A DNA stretch of 64,000 nucleotides from Dipteris shenzhenensis (lineage: Eukaryota): NCBI GenBank assembly GCA_047967505.1, contig CM106538.1. One strand, written 5' to 3'. A program made the position numbers and the translations under genes. The notes under the pieces are model-generated. The model did no database searches, had not been told where the DNA came from, and saw only the letters and a program-made list of their open reading frames with translations. This document shows, piece by piece, positions 50,369 to 62,877 of the stretch (positions are counted from its first letter, which is position 1; each line of letters begins with the position of its first letter).

Positions 50369-51470
50369 CTGGATCCCAAAGACGATAGCCCATCTCTCCA
50401 CTTTCACCATAACCCAGAAAGATGCATTTCCTAGACTTAGGATCTAGCTTCTTTCGAAGCTCTTTTGGCACATGTGCATATGCCTCACACCCAAATATAC
50501 GCAAATGAGAGTAAGAGGGCTTCTTGCCACTCCATGCCTCTTCAGGAATACCACCATCCAAACTCTTACTAGGTGATCTATTGATCACATGCACTGCAGT
50601 CTTCATTGCCTCAGCCCAAAAACCACCAGAAAGAATTGCATTGGAAAGCATGCATTGCAACCTTTCTTGAATGGTACGATTCATCTTTTCTGCAAGTGGA
50701 TTTTGCTCTGGAGTATGAGGGGATGTGAGCTCCCGCTTAATCCCACGTGTATCACAGAAATGTTGAAAGTCATGAGAGAGATACTCTCCACCATTGTCAG
50801 CCTGTAGGCATTTAAGCGTTCTACCTGACTGATTCTCAACCAAGGCCAGCCATTTCTGAAATACGTACAACACGTCACTCTTCCGACCTATAGCATAAGC
50901 CCACACTTTCCTAGTTGCATCATCAATGAATGTCACATAGTATTCAGCCCCGCCTAATGACCGTGTAGGCATGGGACCACATACGTCTGAATGCACCAAA
51001 TCAAGCTTTTTAAACTGTTTCTTTCCCCTTCTTTTATGGGCTGATTTAGTCTGCTTCCCATAGAGACAGTTCTCACAAAATTCAAAATCAGAGAAACTCA
51101 AATGCGGTACATAACCCAAATGGCATAAGAGTTTCATTCCATTCTGGCTCATGTGCCCCAACCTGCAATGCCACAAAGAAGTGCTTGGCTGCTCGGTTAT
51201 TGCAACAACATGATCAAATACCCCTGATACATGTAAGGGATACAAAGTCCCACACTTGGCACCCCTGGCCAAAAGCATAGAGCCCTTCTGAATTTTCCAA
51301 TTCTGAAAGCCAAAAGTGGTGTGAAAACCAGCATCATCTAGCGGACCCACTGAAATGAGACTCTTGGTCAACTTAGGCACATGTCTCACATGTTTCAAAA
51401 TAAATGCAGACCCATTTGCAAAAGAAAACTATGTCACCTACTCCCACTATGTCACATGCATAGTCATTTC

Positions 51471-52330
51471 TTCGGATGCGTCAATTTTACGAGCAAAAAC
51501 CTATGAGCAGGTTTATACGAGCGTGTTTTTCAAGAGATTTTAAAAATAGTATTTCTTTAGGAAATATGGTTTTTACACTTTTATTTTCATTAGAACTAGA
51601 TCCCTTTATCATAAAATTATACAAACTAGTCACTCATTCATTTTTACATAACATAAATCTTCCTATTCATAGACATCCCTTTGTACCCTTGTTATTACCT
51701 TTAAAAAGTATATTAACTTGGGCTTATATATCACTCTCATAAAATACATGTAATATTTAATACTATATATGCAAGGTTTTTCAAAATATAACCCCATAGA
51801 TGTGCTCAAATGGGGTTTTTCGATCAATTTGAGTGGCTGAATGACTATATTTGGACATTGGATGTGAAAGTTATGTCACTTTTAAAAGTGCTGTCCAAAG
51901 GTAGTTTTGCCAGCGAAACTACCTTGAAAGACCTTGTTCAAAGGGGTTTCGCTGGCGAAACTACCTTGATGGCTTGCTTCAATGAGTTTTCTTTGGAGAA
52001 ACCCTTTCATGAAGATAGGTTGAGAGAGGTTTTTCAATGTCACCCCCTATTAAGTAAAAAGTTGTAAGAAGGATCATAAGGGAATTTTCATAGAGAAGTC
52101 TACTCTACATGTGGGTTTCTTTAAAAGCCATCCCATTATGTTCTCACCATTCCCAAAGATTCACATAAATATTCATGTATAAAATAGGCATTCCTATAAT
52201 ACTTTTCATATTTCTAAGTGAAACTATGTTTTCTTCTTATCTATTTTTGTCATATTTTTGCATAGTTAGAAGCTTTTTTTTTCCTTCGCTCGGATGCTCG
52301 GAAGATTTCGCTCGAAAAATGCTCGTCCCC
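51471..52330. mobile_element. AT-rich MITE-like insertion (860 bp) in the Copia H protease region
   Basis: Interrupts the LGNDYACDIVG coding sequence. CATTTC lies on both sides (51465-51470 and 52331-52336). Degenerate inverted ends (ttttacgagcaaaa / tttcgctcgaaaaa). Confidence 0.7.
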
Positions 52331-53052
52331 CATTTCCAAGATGCACACAACCTGTCTTTCCACTGTCATAAGTGGAGAACCATTCCCTATGGGGAGTAAC
52401 ATGGAATGAAGCACCAGAATCCAAAATCTAATCCTGGGATATATGCATCATCTGAAGTGGTAAGCAACTCTGCAGATAAACTAGACAAGAAGAGAACGTC
52501 ATTGTCACTATCATGTGTGATTGCATTGATCTCCTCGATCTTCACTTTTCCTTTGTTCTCCCTTGGACTCTCCTCCTTCTGATTTGCACCCCAATTTGCA
52601 TTCTTTTTCTTATCCTTTTGCTCTCTTTTCAGCTTGTAGCAATCCTTTTTCATATGGCCCTTCTTGCCACAGTGGTAACACTCAATGTTCCATGCCCTAG
52701 ATTTGCTACGAGACTTCCCTCTTTCTTGGGACTTCCCCCTGAACTGTGATTTGCCCCTTTGCACATTTAAGGCTGCATCCTGCTTGTTGCCGTCCATGGA
52801 CTTCCGTCTAATATCCTCGGCCAACAAGCTACGCACAACATCATCAAATTTCAGTACTCCACCAGGTGCAGAGTTATTGACAGCTGTACAGAAGATATCC
52901 CATGAGGATGGCAATGAACATAAGAGAAATATTGCCTTAGTCTCTGCATCAAAATTCATCTTCTGAGCCTGAAGCTGGCTGAAAATAATATTGAATTCAT
53001 TCAAGTGAGAAGCAATGGAGACCCCTTCCTTCATCTGCAGCTCACAAACCTC

Positions 53053-53825
53053 TGATGAAGTTTTCTTTAAAAGGTCTACCTTGATGATGGTGATGAATTC
53101 TAATGGACCAAAGTACGAGGAATTTAACATCAAAAGCCTCGAAGCTTTTGAGGGTCCATAGAAGGAATTTTTACTTTGCAAAGTCTTGTTTGTTCATCGA
53201 AGATCAGGGATTATTGTTGCTATCCGTGTGTGGAATACAACAACGATGATGTAGCAGCATTACATAGGAGTTCAAGATATTTTCTTTGCATTTTGGACTT
53301 AGGAAAGAAGGGTGTCCCCCAATTTGAAAGATGTATGTCGAAAGAGGTAACACAAGAAAAGCTATGTGAAGCAATTTTTCCATCTTCTCCATCTTCGCGA
53401 GGAACCTTAGGTCAATGCACTCACTGCTTTATAGCTTTCATGGGAGTGCTATTAGGTACTTCCAATAGACACTACAATGCTTTACAAATTCTTTGTCCCC
53501 CCATGAATTCTATGGATTTTTGGATTGCTTTGGATTGAGGTGCTTTTTGACTACTTTAAAAATGATGTGTGGCTACTAGGGGCCATAATGAAGATCACAT
53601 ACAATAAAGCTACCAATTCTTGGTGACTTTGGACTACTTTGGAATTGCTTGGGGTCATGTGAACCCCCCAAGCTAGGGGCCACATAAACTCCCCCAAGCA
53701 CTAACTAAACGTGCTTTTGGGACTATTTGAGAGTGCTTTCAGAATGCTTTGTGGCTGTTTGAGATTGCTTTGAGAATGCTTTGTGGCTAGAGCCATGATA
53801 AACTGCTTTGTGACTAATTGGATTC
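53053..53825. other. Unidentified ~770-bp insertion in the Copia H gag
   Basis: gag reads ...YEKETASNKVYL to ~53826 and resumes CELQMKEG at ~53047. The intervening DNA is unrelated. Confidence 0.65.
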
Positions 53826-55964
53826 GAGGTAAACTTTATTAGAGGCAGTTTCCTTCTCATAAGTGGCGCACAGTTTCTTCCACAAATCTTCCGTAGTCCG
53901 CTAATTTACTACTGTGAAATAAACTGACTTTGCAAGATGAAGTCTAATAGTAGACTTTGCTAATGCATCCAACTCATTCCAATCATCCTCAGACATATCT
54001 GCAAGCTTAGCTTCAATACCTGCCAAGGGTTTAATTTGCTTCTTTTGAATAAGCACATCCCTTATTTGTTCTTTCCACAAAGAAAAGTTTGTCCCATCAA
54101 AGTTTTTAATGTTGAAAAACTCCTTTTTAGAAATGGAAGAGGATGCCATGATGCAAATGAAACAAAATCTCAAATGCTAGTACCTACAAGAGAGAATCAC
54201 ACCAAGTACTAGGTGCACCCAAATGTGTATGCCACAATAGAGTGAAATATCACCAAAACTCAAAGCTCAAAGCATCAAAAAAGATGCAGCTGACTCATGT
54301 GCATGTACTATGCATCCATATGACCCAAAAGAAAATGCAAATTGCAATGGCAATCCAAAATGCCAATAGGTGCCAAATGGCTCAAGCATAAACACCGTCC
54401 ATGGGCATATGCATCAATAATATCTCATCCAAGAGAGCATAACACTATCAGTGCATCACCTGGAATGTGTCAAAGCTGTCCCTCAGCATAATATAGCATC
54501 CATGTGCAAAGCGTCCATAAAAATAGCATCCCACAAGGCAATTTGGGCCTATTAGCACATCCAATAAGGATCGCAATGCATCCAAATGGCCTATAAATCA
54601 TCCACTGCAACCCAATGCACACCACGAATGAGCGCACATGGCTCAAACTGCAACCAAAGTGATTCGCATAAGGTATGCTCAAGAAAACATGGTCCCACAG
54701 AAAAGACCACTACTGAAAATAGAACCTGAGATGCCTCAAAACATGGGCGCCATTGCATAATCGGACTCAGCAAGAAAATCTGCAAATATCTCTCTTCTGC
54801 CGAAACTCCAAAATCCCAACGGATGAGTGAGAAATAGGAGTCAACACTTATCCACTGCCATGTGGCATAAATCTAAGGTTTCAAAACCTTAGAATGAAAA
54901 ATGCATAACAGAGAGACAAAATCGAATACACAGAGATCTATAACTCTGAAAATACTCCACTGAATCGCGCAAGAACTGATATGTAGGGTTTTTGGGCGTC
55001 CGAAACACAATGGGACAGATGGTTTTGGAAATCATGGTCTCAATCACTAGGTCCAACACACAAACTGAAAAATGTTTTTGGAAACAGAGCTGTTTGTAAA
55101 CTCCACCGGAGTGCGAATGATGAGCAACATAGAAGTTTTAGACCTCCTGAGTCCACCGGAACTGACAGATCTCGATCTGCAAATGGTTGCTTCAAACTTC
55201 AGTTCCAACACCCGGGCAGAAAAACGTAGGAACTGACACGGTGAGTCAAAAATCCAATGAAATGATCCTAGATTCAAGAATGAAGGTGTTTCCAAGCTCC
55301 TGAAATGAAGTGGACACCAAAAGCAAGCAATAGTTGCCTCTACAAGTCAATATGGAGTCTCTGTTATCGAACGGAACAGGGAAAAGCTCAAAAAATGACT
55401 TTCTTTGAAAACACTTAACAGGCTCTCAAAACCACTTCGCAAAACCAAAGTGACTTTTCCAAAGATTCCTCCAAGGTCTCTGCACACTCGGATGTAAGTA
55501 AAGTCACCCATAAAGCTTCCCACAGAGCTTCTCCTTCCTCCCACAAAGCTACTGAGCTTCCAGGCATTCACGTACGCTCAGCTAGATCACCCGAGCTCTG
55601 ATACCAGTTGAGAGTGCTCTCAACGGAAGAAAGAACGAAAGAGGGAGAGAGAGAAATAGAGAGCCACACAAGTTTTGGTGGGTGCAGAACACCCTAATCT
55701 TCTTTTTCATTCATTTATATATGTGTTTGAGTATTGTACATAACCGAGGTAAAGGCACAGTGACCTTTAACCCCCACAGAAGGTCCAAAGATATTGATGC
55801 AAAAGACTTGAGCCAGAAATCATCCATGAACTCATCTAACAACATTCTCAATTCATAGAAAAGCTTGCGGTTACTTCCAGTACAAAGTTATGCTCACCCA
55901 AATTGCATGGAGGGCTGAAAGAGCTTTTCGAGAAACACCGACAAGCTCTTGGTTTGATGCAGAG

Positions 55965-56133
55965 GAAGGACATTCCCATTAAAGGGGTGTGATGGAATAT
56001 AATGTTCAGTCCTTCTTTGATTCCCCAGAATCATCATCTTGAGGGAAGGCCTACTTCATGATGTTGATTATGGGGAATCGAAGAAGGATTGAATAGTACA
56101 TTCCATCACACCCCTTTAATGGGAATATCCTTC
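55965..56133. repeat. Fold-back inverted repeat with ~78-bp arms and a short loop
   Basis: gaaggacattcccattaaaggggtgtgatggaat... pairs with ...attccatcacacccctttaatgggaatatccttc, with about 10 mismatches. Confidence 0.9.
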
Positions 56134-58261
56134 ATGTGCGTGTGATACCAAATACAACATCTTAAGATGATATGGGGTGTGTAAGTTGGCTTGACATTAG
56201 GCTGATGCACGTGTCACATCACAATGGGGTTTTACATCTATTAGTTGAGTCTAGTGTAGAGAATCTACCTCCCTGTTATTACCTGAACAATTGACCATCC
56301 CTACATGTGGAACTTACACTAACAAGAAGTATATTAAAGAAGGTCTAAAGAGACTGATGCTAAAATGAGAGCAGGAAGTACTTGTGAACATACATGGGGA
56401 CTTCTTAAGAGAATGCATAAAAAAGAATGCAAGCTACAATGAGCATTAGTGCGGCATTTTGAATTCCCTATGTACATAGATGCATACAACTCTATGCAAC
56501 GTTTACAACCACCCTCAACTCAAAGTGGCCATCGTGTCAATGGGCCTCATATGCTTACCATGTCAAGGTAGATATATTTTAAGTCATATTATCATGCCAC
56601 ATTGCACAAATGCATGACAATGATACTCCCATGCAATGGAAGGGCAATGTGGTAGTTCAACCTACCACACTTGAATAGATTCGACTTGAAAATCACAAAC
56701 TGACTCTGCCCATGCATATATATTAACGGTTGGGTATAAGTGCCCCAAAAGAGGCAAGGAAGACCAACTTGAATGGCAAGTAAATAATGAAGTTATGGAG
56801 AAAGAGGATGTTAGGTTACTTCGGCCAACTTAGGTTGAGATCATGCAAGCCAGCTCAGATCAAGACCATGCATGCAAGCATGGGTAAAACCGAGCTAACT
56901 CCATATAGCCAAGCAGTGCGCGGCCCTGAGCTACCAAGAAAGGCCAATGCAAGCTACACTAAGAAACCAATTAGTAGCAGCGGTTCTACGAATTCCTAGG
57001 TCTTGATTCAAAGGGCGATACAACGCAACCACCTATGTCCAAAGTTTAGGTATTTAGGTGTACAGTCCGAGTTAGAATGGGCTTGCTTCCGTACTCTAAC
57101 TCTAGTTTTGCCTTGTTAAGCTCAATCTAGGCTAGAAGGAGTTAAGTCTTGCTGTACGAAGTGAATGCGTATCCTCAAGCTGAGTCGAGAGAGATTGTCT
57201 AAGAATTGGGTCTACAACTACGGCTATTTGTAATTGATTGGTTTCTATTCATAGTGCAAGTACTATTGTTTTATATCTATAGTTTCCATTTCGAATTCTT
57301 ACAATGCTTCTATTACTATATACATGCTTATTCACCTGTCTCCAAACGATTTTGCTCACACCGCACACCCTCGTGATAGAACTCTTGATGTGTAACTCTG
57401 CATTGCGAGCACCGAGTAGGATTTGCATACCAAGCAACCCTAGAGAGGACATCTTCATGCTAGGCACTATGCACTCACAATGAGCACCAATTCATTGGTT
57501 AGTTGAGGGGTGAAGGAAAAAAGACAGTCAACATTTGACGATCTTATTGAGGAATTGACATGATGGAAGCAAGAGTGGGGAATTGAGTGGATTGAGAATA
57601 GTAGTTTGTAGAACCAAGTGCACATACATTGAGAGTAGCAGTTCATTTTGACAAGCGATGAGGTATGATAGTTGTTTGGTTTGGGAAAGATATGTATGTG
57701 TCTATTGATGATTTAAGGATCTTGCAGACCTATCCGACAACCAGTGTTTGAATAGAGGCTTGTACTTAGGCAACCGACAGGATCATCCAAGCCTTAACAA
57801 ATGTCTGACACACACTCAGAGAGATGCCAAAGGTACCCAGCCAAGAGGGGAGGAGCACCTGCATCAAGGCAAAAGAAGTTGGCAGAATCTCGCCAACTAG
57901 AAACCATAATAATTTATAAACTGAGAATGGACAATCGACGGGAATGAGTGGATGTAGCAAGGGGTCACCAGCAATAAAGAGCTCGAGGATGAAGGCGGCA
58001 TGGCCATGCACATGGAAGGATGATCATAGACTAGTAATTGACACTTAAAGTGAAGCTATTCTGGAGATACATTCAAGGAGACTCAACAGGGGGAATCCTC
58101 GAGGTGATCATGAGAAGGTTTTGAGCACTCCTCTACTGAAAGCCAAGATTTTGAGTACTAGAGGATATATTGGAGTATGAGAACTCACCTATGGTAGGTT
58201 GACGACACGGTGTGGCAAATCAAGTGCATTAACCTCACTTTGGTAGTGAGTTATTTGACAT

Positions 58262-58319
58262 GCATAAATGCATGCATTCATACATACATACATACATGCA
58301 TATATGTAGTTGTGCACAC

Positions 58320-58372
<53 letters not shown>

Positions 58373-58472
58373 TGCGTGCGTGTTGCCTTTGAAAGCGAGC
58401 ATGTGCGCATGCGAGTGTTGCACACACGCATGCGCACGCCTCTGTGCGTGCGTGCATGTACATGCATGCATA
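58262..58472. repeat. Compound microsatellite: (TACA)n, (GT)n, (GA)n and purine-pyrimidine alternations
   Basis: Seen directly. Confidence 0.95.
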
Positions 58473-59559
58473 CGTACTTCAAGATGAAATAAAAAATATT
58501 AACTCACAACATAATACTCGATGGTATGCCAAAATCACTCATACTTAAGAACTTTTATTGAAAAACGATCAGTAAACTTGGTGAGAAACATCAGTGGAAA
58601 AGCAATGACAAATGCATTGCCATAATGTAAAGATGAACCAAGAAAATCATTCTAAGAATGAATTCATACTTACGAAGCATACGGATTTATTTTGGGAGAA
58701 TATAATCTTTTCCATGAGCTATACAATCTATGCAACTTACCTACCATGATCAAAGCTCCATTTCACAAAAACTAAGTGGTACAAACCCATGTGTGCCTTT
58801 TACTTTAAATGTGAAAACATTGTGAGGCCAATCAATCTAAAGTTTATCTTGCAATTTGTGATGAGGGTTTACCATCATTAAAAGCAAATTCCTTGCAAGA
58901 CTTTAAAGGTCAAAATTAATTGCATGTGGTGCATGCATTACTATTTTAGAGTAACAACAAAGTCACAATGTAGAATTGAGAAAAGGCATCTGAAAGATAG
59001 CCAATTGAACATGCATTAATGAAGGGAGATAATGTGGCACTAAAAGTTTGGAAGGGAATCAAGCCCGCAACTAGACATCTTACAATTGTTTTGATAACAT
59101 ATGCTCACAATCACGAGGACAAAAGAGAGAACTTTAAGCAAAGAGCATGGATGACAATAAGACACCTCAGAGTTGTTTCAATAGCATATGCTCACATCCA
59201 TGAGGATGAAAGGGAGAATTTTAAACAGAGAACGACATGCATATTCATTGGATAATCATATGAGAAAAAGGAAACCAAGGTGTTTTGTATCAAGGTGTTA
59301 TCTTTAAAGAATAACAAAAGGGAGCCCATGGCATCATGATCACATTGATTTTAAAATCCCATGATGGATTTGGAATAACGCGATGATGCAATTGGAGACA
59401 TAATTAATATAATCAAATAGATGTATGAGTATATACTTTCAAATAAACGAAAGTCTTGAATAACCTGAGACATGAGCATCAAGCTAAGTATCAAGCTCTC
59501 CTCAATAGAGAAGAGTTGATAGCCCTGCAACAACTTCCCTGAGATGGGTAAAGGAAAAT

Positions 59560-60260
59560 GATAGAAGATGCAACAGACTTTGACAAGAAAACTAGACATC
59601 ATGTTCTACGTTGGCCTTTTTCAAATGTTGAAAAACAAGCATCTTTTAAAGAGGCAAAAAAATCTAAACATTGTGTAGGGGCCATGGAGAAAGAATATGA
59701 AGGCATTGTGAAAAAAACTTAATGCAAACCTACAGACCACCTCCAAATAAAAACGTTGCTGGTTACTAAGGATTTCCAAAACCAAACTCAAATGCAAAGG
59801 CAAGTTGAAAGACACAAAACAAGGTTAGTAGCTCTCAATAGATAAGAGTAATTTTCAAGAGAATTTTTGCAATTCTAATCAAACTACTATTGTCAATTAC
59901 ACACAAATTGGACTTGTATCTTCATTACATGAACGTCCAATGGGATTCTCTCAGTAGATATCTACAGGGAAAAGTCTACATTTAACCAACACGAGGTTTT
60001 AAGGGAGGACTTGTAAAAAAACCACCTGAAAATCTGACAATCGCTGCAACCTATGTTAATGCTCTAATATGATCGAGTCATGGTAAGCACACCACAGATT
60101 TGATAGTTCAAGTCAAGGCAGAATTGTGTGGGCAGTTTAACGTGAGAGATCTAGGAGAACACTTTGTATATTCAGGTAAACAAGTTATCCATTCACTAAA
60201 TACTTAACGAGTTCAATATTACAGAATGCAGAATTATCAATACTCCAATTGAGACTAAGA
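59560..60260 (+). mobile_element. Highly decayed Copia RT relic
   Basis: Traces AMEKEYEGIVK, RHKTRLVA and GQFNVRDLG in the expected order. Confidence 0.55.
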
Positions 60261-60669
60261 GTGAGAAATAAACTGAGCAGAATTAGAAGTACAGTGGAGT
60301 CAATAATTTGTGATAGTAACAGCACATGAATTACGAGAAGGAGAGAAAACACTCAACTGATATTTATATCAATCGAAGTTGAAGCTGAGCCCAACAAAGC
60401 TCTTCTGATTACAAAGCTTTGACTGTCACTATTACATGAGGACACTCCAGTATAAGCTTGACAGGTAGCTCGAATGTGAGCTCTACACATACTGGAACCT
60501 TGCTTGATTGACTAACGTTACAACTACATGAAAGCGCCACTTTTGCGTTTGGAGTTTATAAAAAAAAGCGTCTCTTCCATGTCAACTGGTCTTATCCTCC
60601 AAGCCTGACAATAACCATGATTCATAAATCCTGGGCTCAACTTAATGCAGTTTGTAGGTCAACATAGTA

Positions 60670-62270
60670 TCAATTCTGCTGTGAGCAGCATGCACTAGGT
60701 ACAAACCAAACCCCCATTGAGCACTTGTCTTCCAGGAACGTCAAAACTAGAACTTGTGCTCGCAATTGAGAATTCAAGAGGTTCACTCTCTTCCCATGCA
60801 TACTTGATACATAACTGCTTCCAGACTTGTATAAAGGAATATCAACCCTCAAAACTGCTATATCAACTAAAAATAAGCACAAAGCCCTGTTAGCCCCATA
60901 CGAATCAGGCCTTCACATTGACACAATATTTGTGGAAGGGTTTCAGCTTTGGCTATGTGTAAAATATTGACCACAATACTGCAGTCTTCACCTCGTCTAA
61001 AGCCTAACTCGAAGAAATTTATACCCTACAGCTTGACAAGCCCACCAGATTCAACAGATCCTCTTGTAAATTCCTACTGAGAAGCATACAGTGGACTGCC
61101 TTTGGCTAATTGTTGGTACATCTCCTGCACAACAACAGCTAGCTACAAAAACATCGATCCAAGTATTTCTCTGGTTCCTTACATGCTGACTGATGCCTTA
61201 ATATATCCTCCAGAGGGCTCACCAAATAACTTTTAACCTAGGGGGCATATTCCAGTTAATTCAAGACTAAATCATATGATGTGCTATGTCTGATTTTGCT
61301 GCATCTGAATACCATTTCTTTGACTGAGGTTTTCACACTTCATTCTGAATACCAAGTACTTCATACACATGTTTAATTATCATATTCCCCTCTTGAAAAC
61401 TTATCTTCCGAAAAATATACAGCAACTACTGTGTTGTCCGCAAACTTTCTTCCATGCAGAACAGCTTTGGCCATGCCTGCTTCTTTGGGATCACTATACT
61501 CCAGAAAAACCTGCAAATGTACTCAATAAGCATAGAGCATCCATCTTGCAGATGTGATCAAACCTGGGACGTAATATTCATACAAACCCAGGTTTTTATC
61601 CACATAGCGTCATAGGAATAGCAAAATGAATAGGGTCATACTTCTGAGTGCCTAATGCTGCAATCACAAACTTGAACGGATCGTAGAATGCAGTACATGC
61701 TATAAAAGTTCAGCTTTGCTTTGTGTGAATATTTGTCGTGTTTCAATATTCTCGTATTAACACACAGACAAGCATGATCACTTCTACATGGTAAAGAGAA
61801 CAAAGCCACAACGAGGAAAGACCCAGCTGCTATAACAATCACATTGTCACATTGTCCTTCCTTATCACAGCAGGTTTATATATCAAGACATGCATCCTAA
61901 AGTAGCTTACTTATTACCTTCCCAATTCCAGGAACAACCTCTCCATTTCCTCTTGATCGAGGAATCACAAGCTTTAAGAGTGTGCCTGCAACCATACTTG
62001 CAATTAGAAAGACGTTACATAAGATAAATGAGGAGTAATACGAGGTCAACTAAGAACCCCACTGAACTAACCATATTTGCCACATTCCTCTTTCATGTCG
62101 TCATATATCTCATTGAACACTTCATCATCCTTCAGCTCATCTGGTGTCACAACCTGTCTAACAAGCTCATTAAAGCACACATCTATGGTTTATCATTAGA
62201 ACAATATATAATCCACTACAACAAGCCCACAAAATTTTCACTAGTAGTAAATATCCACTGAAAATCTTTC
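60670..62270 (-). mobile_element. Possible highly decayed Copia RT/RNase H relic
   Basis: Only weak traces (QRQSTV near 61100, FVPS near 60700). Boundaries are uncertain. Confidence 0.35.
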
Positions 62271-62877
62271 AATCTCCACGATGAACCAAGCCCAAATGTA
62301 ACCATCCATCAATGCACCATCATCCATGCAACACACTAGTGCCAATGGAGGGAAGGCGACAACACTAGTACCAATGGGCGGCACATTGGGGAGGTGCCAG
62401 AGTTTACGTTATCTAAAATCCACAAACGAATTTTTCCTCAACATGTCACCATGTACCAAACATGGTGCCAGAGTTTACAGATCTAAAAATTCATGAAAGA
62501 ATATTTCCCAAACATGTCACCATGGTGCACATTAACAGTGCAATGAGTGGCCAAAAAAGGGTACTGTCTTGGGGACTGCTGCTGTAAAACTGAAACAGAA
62601 CACGTTTAATCTCTGTTGTCATGTCTCCAGGAAAAGAGTGCTCAAAGGGTGAATGAAGTATCAAATTCTAGAGCTAGTTGGCTCAAGACTTTGAATGTTT
62701 AAGGGGTTGAGCCACAGTTTGTTAGCTGAAAGGCTCACTAATTGATTTGATACTGTATTGATGCTTGTCATTAAAAAAGAGGCATTTCATGTCAATTGGA
62801 CAAATAAATATTGCACAGGCCAATAGATGCATAGTGGGCGGTCCTTTATTATTTCACAACACATGAGAGATATTTTG

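Larger units (their letters stand above)
48083..55778 (-). mobile_element. Full-length Ty1/Copia element H (Tnt1-like): LTRs 48083-48252 and 55609-55778 (170 bp), TSD GAAGG
   Basis: PBS 55595-55606 and PPT near 48253. gag FDGTNFSLWK and CYHCGKKGHMKKDC, IN ORF 49857..51398, RT ORF 48614..49864 (YVDDML). Five LTR differences counted. GAAGG at 48078-48082 and 55779-55783. Confidence 0.96.

Noticed and set aside
56739-57467. Possible solo LTR with TGCC...GGCA ends
   Set aside because: The flanks (ATAAG and CTATG) do not match as a TSD, and there is no PBS, PPT or partner.
58189-58487. Several ORFs on both strands
   Set aside because: They are translations of microsatellites.
62325-62525. Two pairs of short direct repeats
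   Set aside because: They are degenerate local duplications with no further structure visible.
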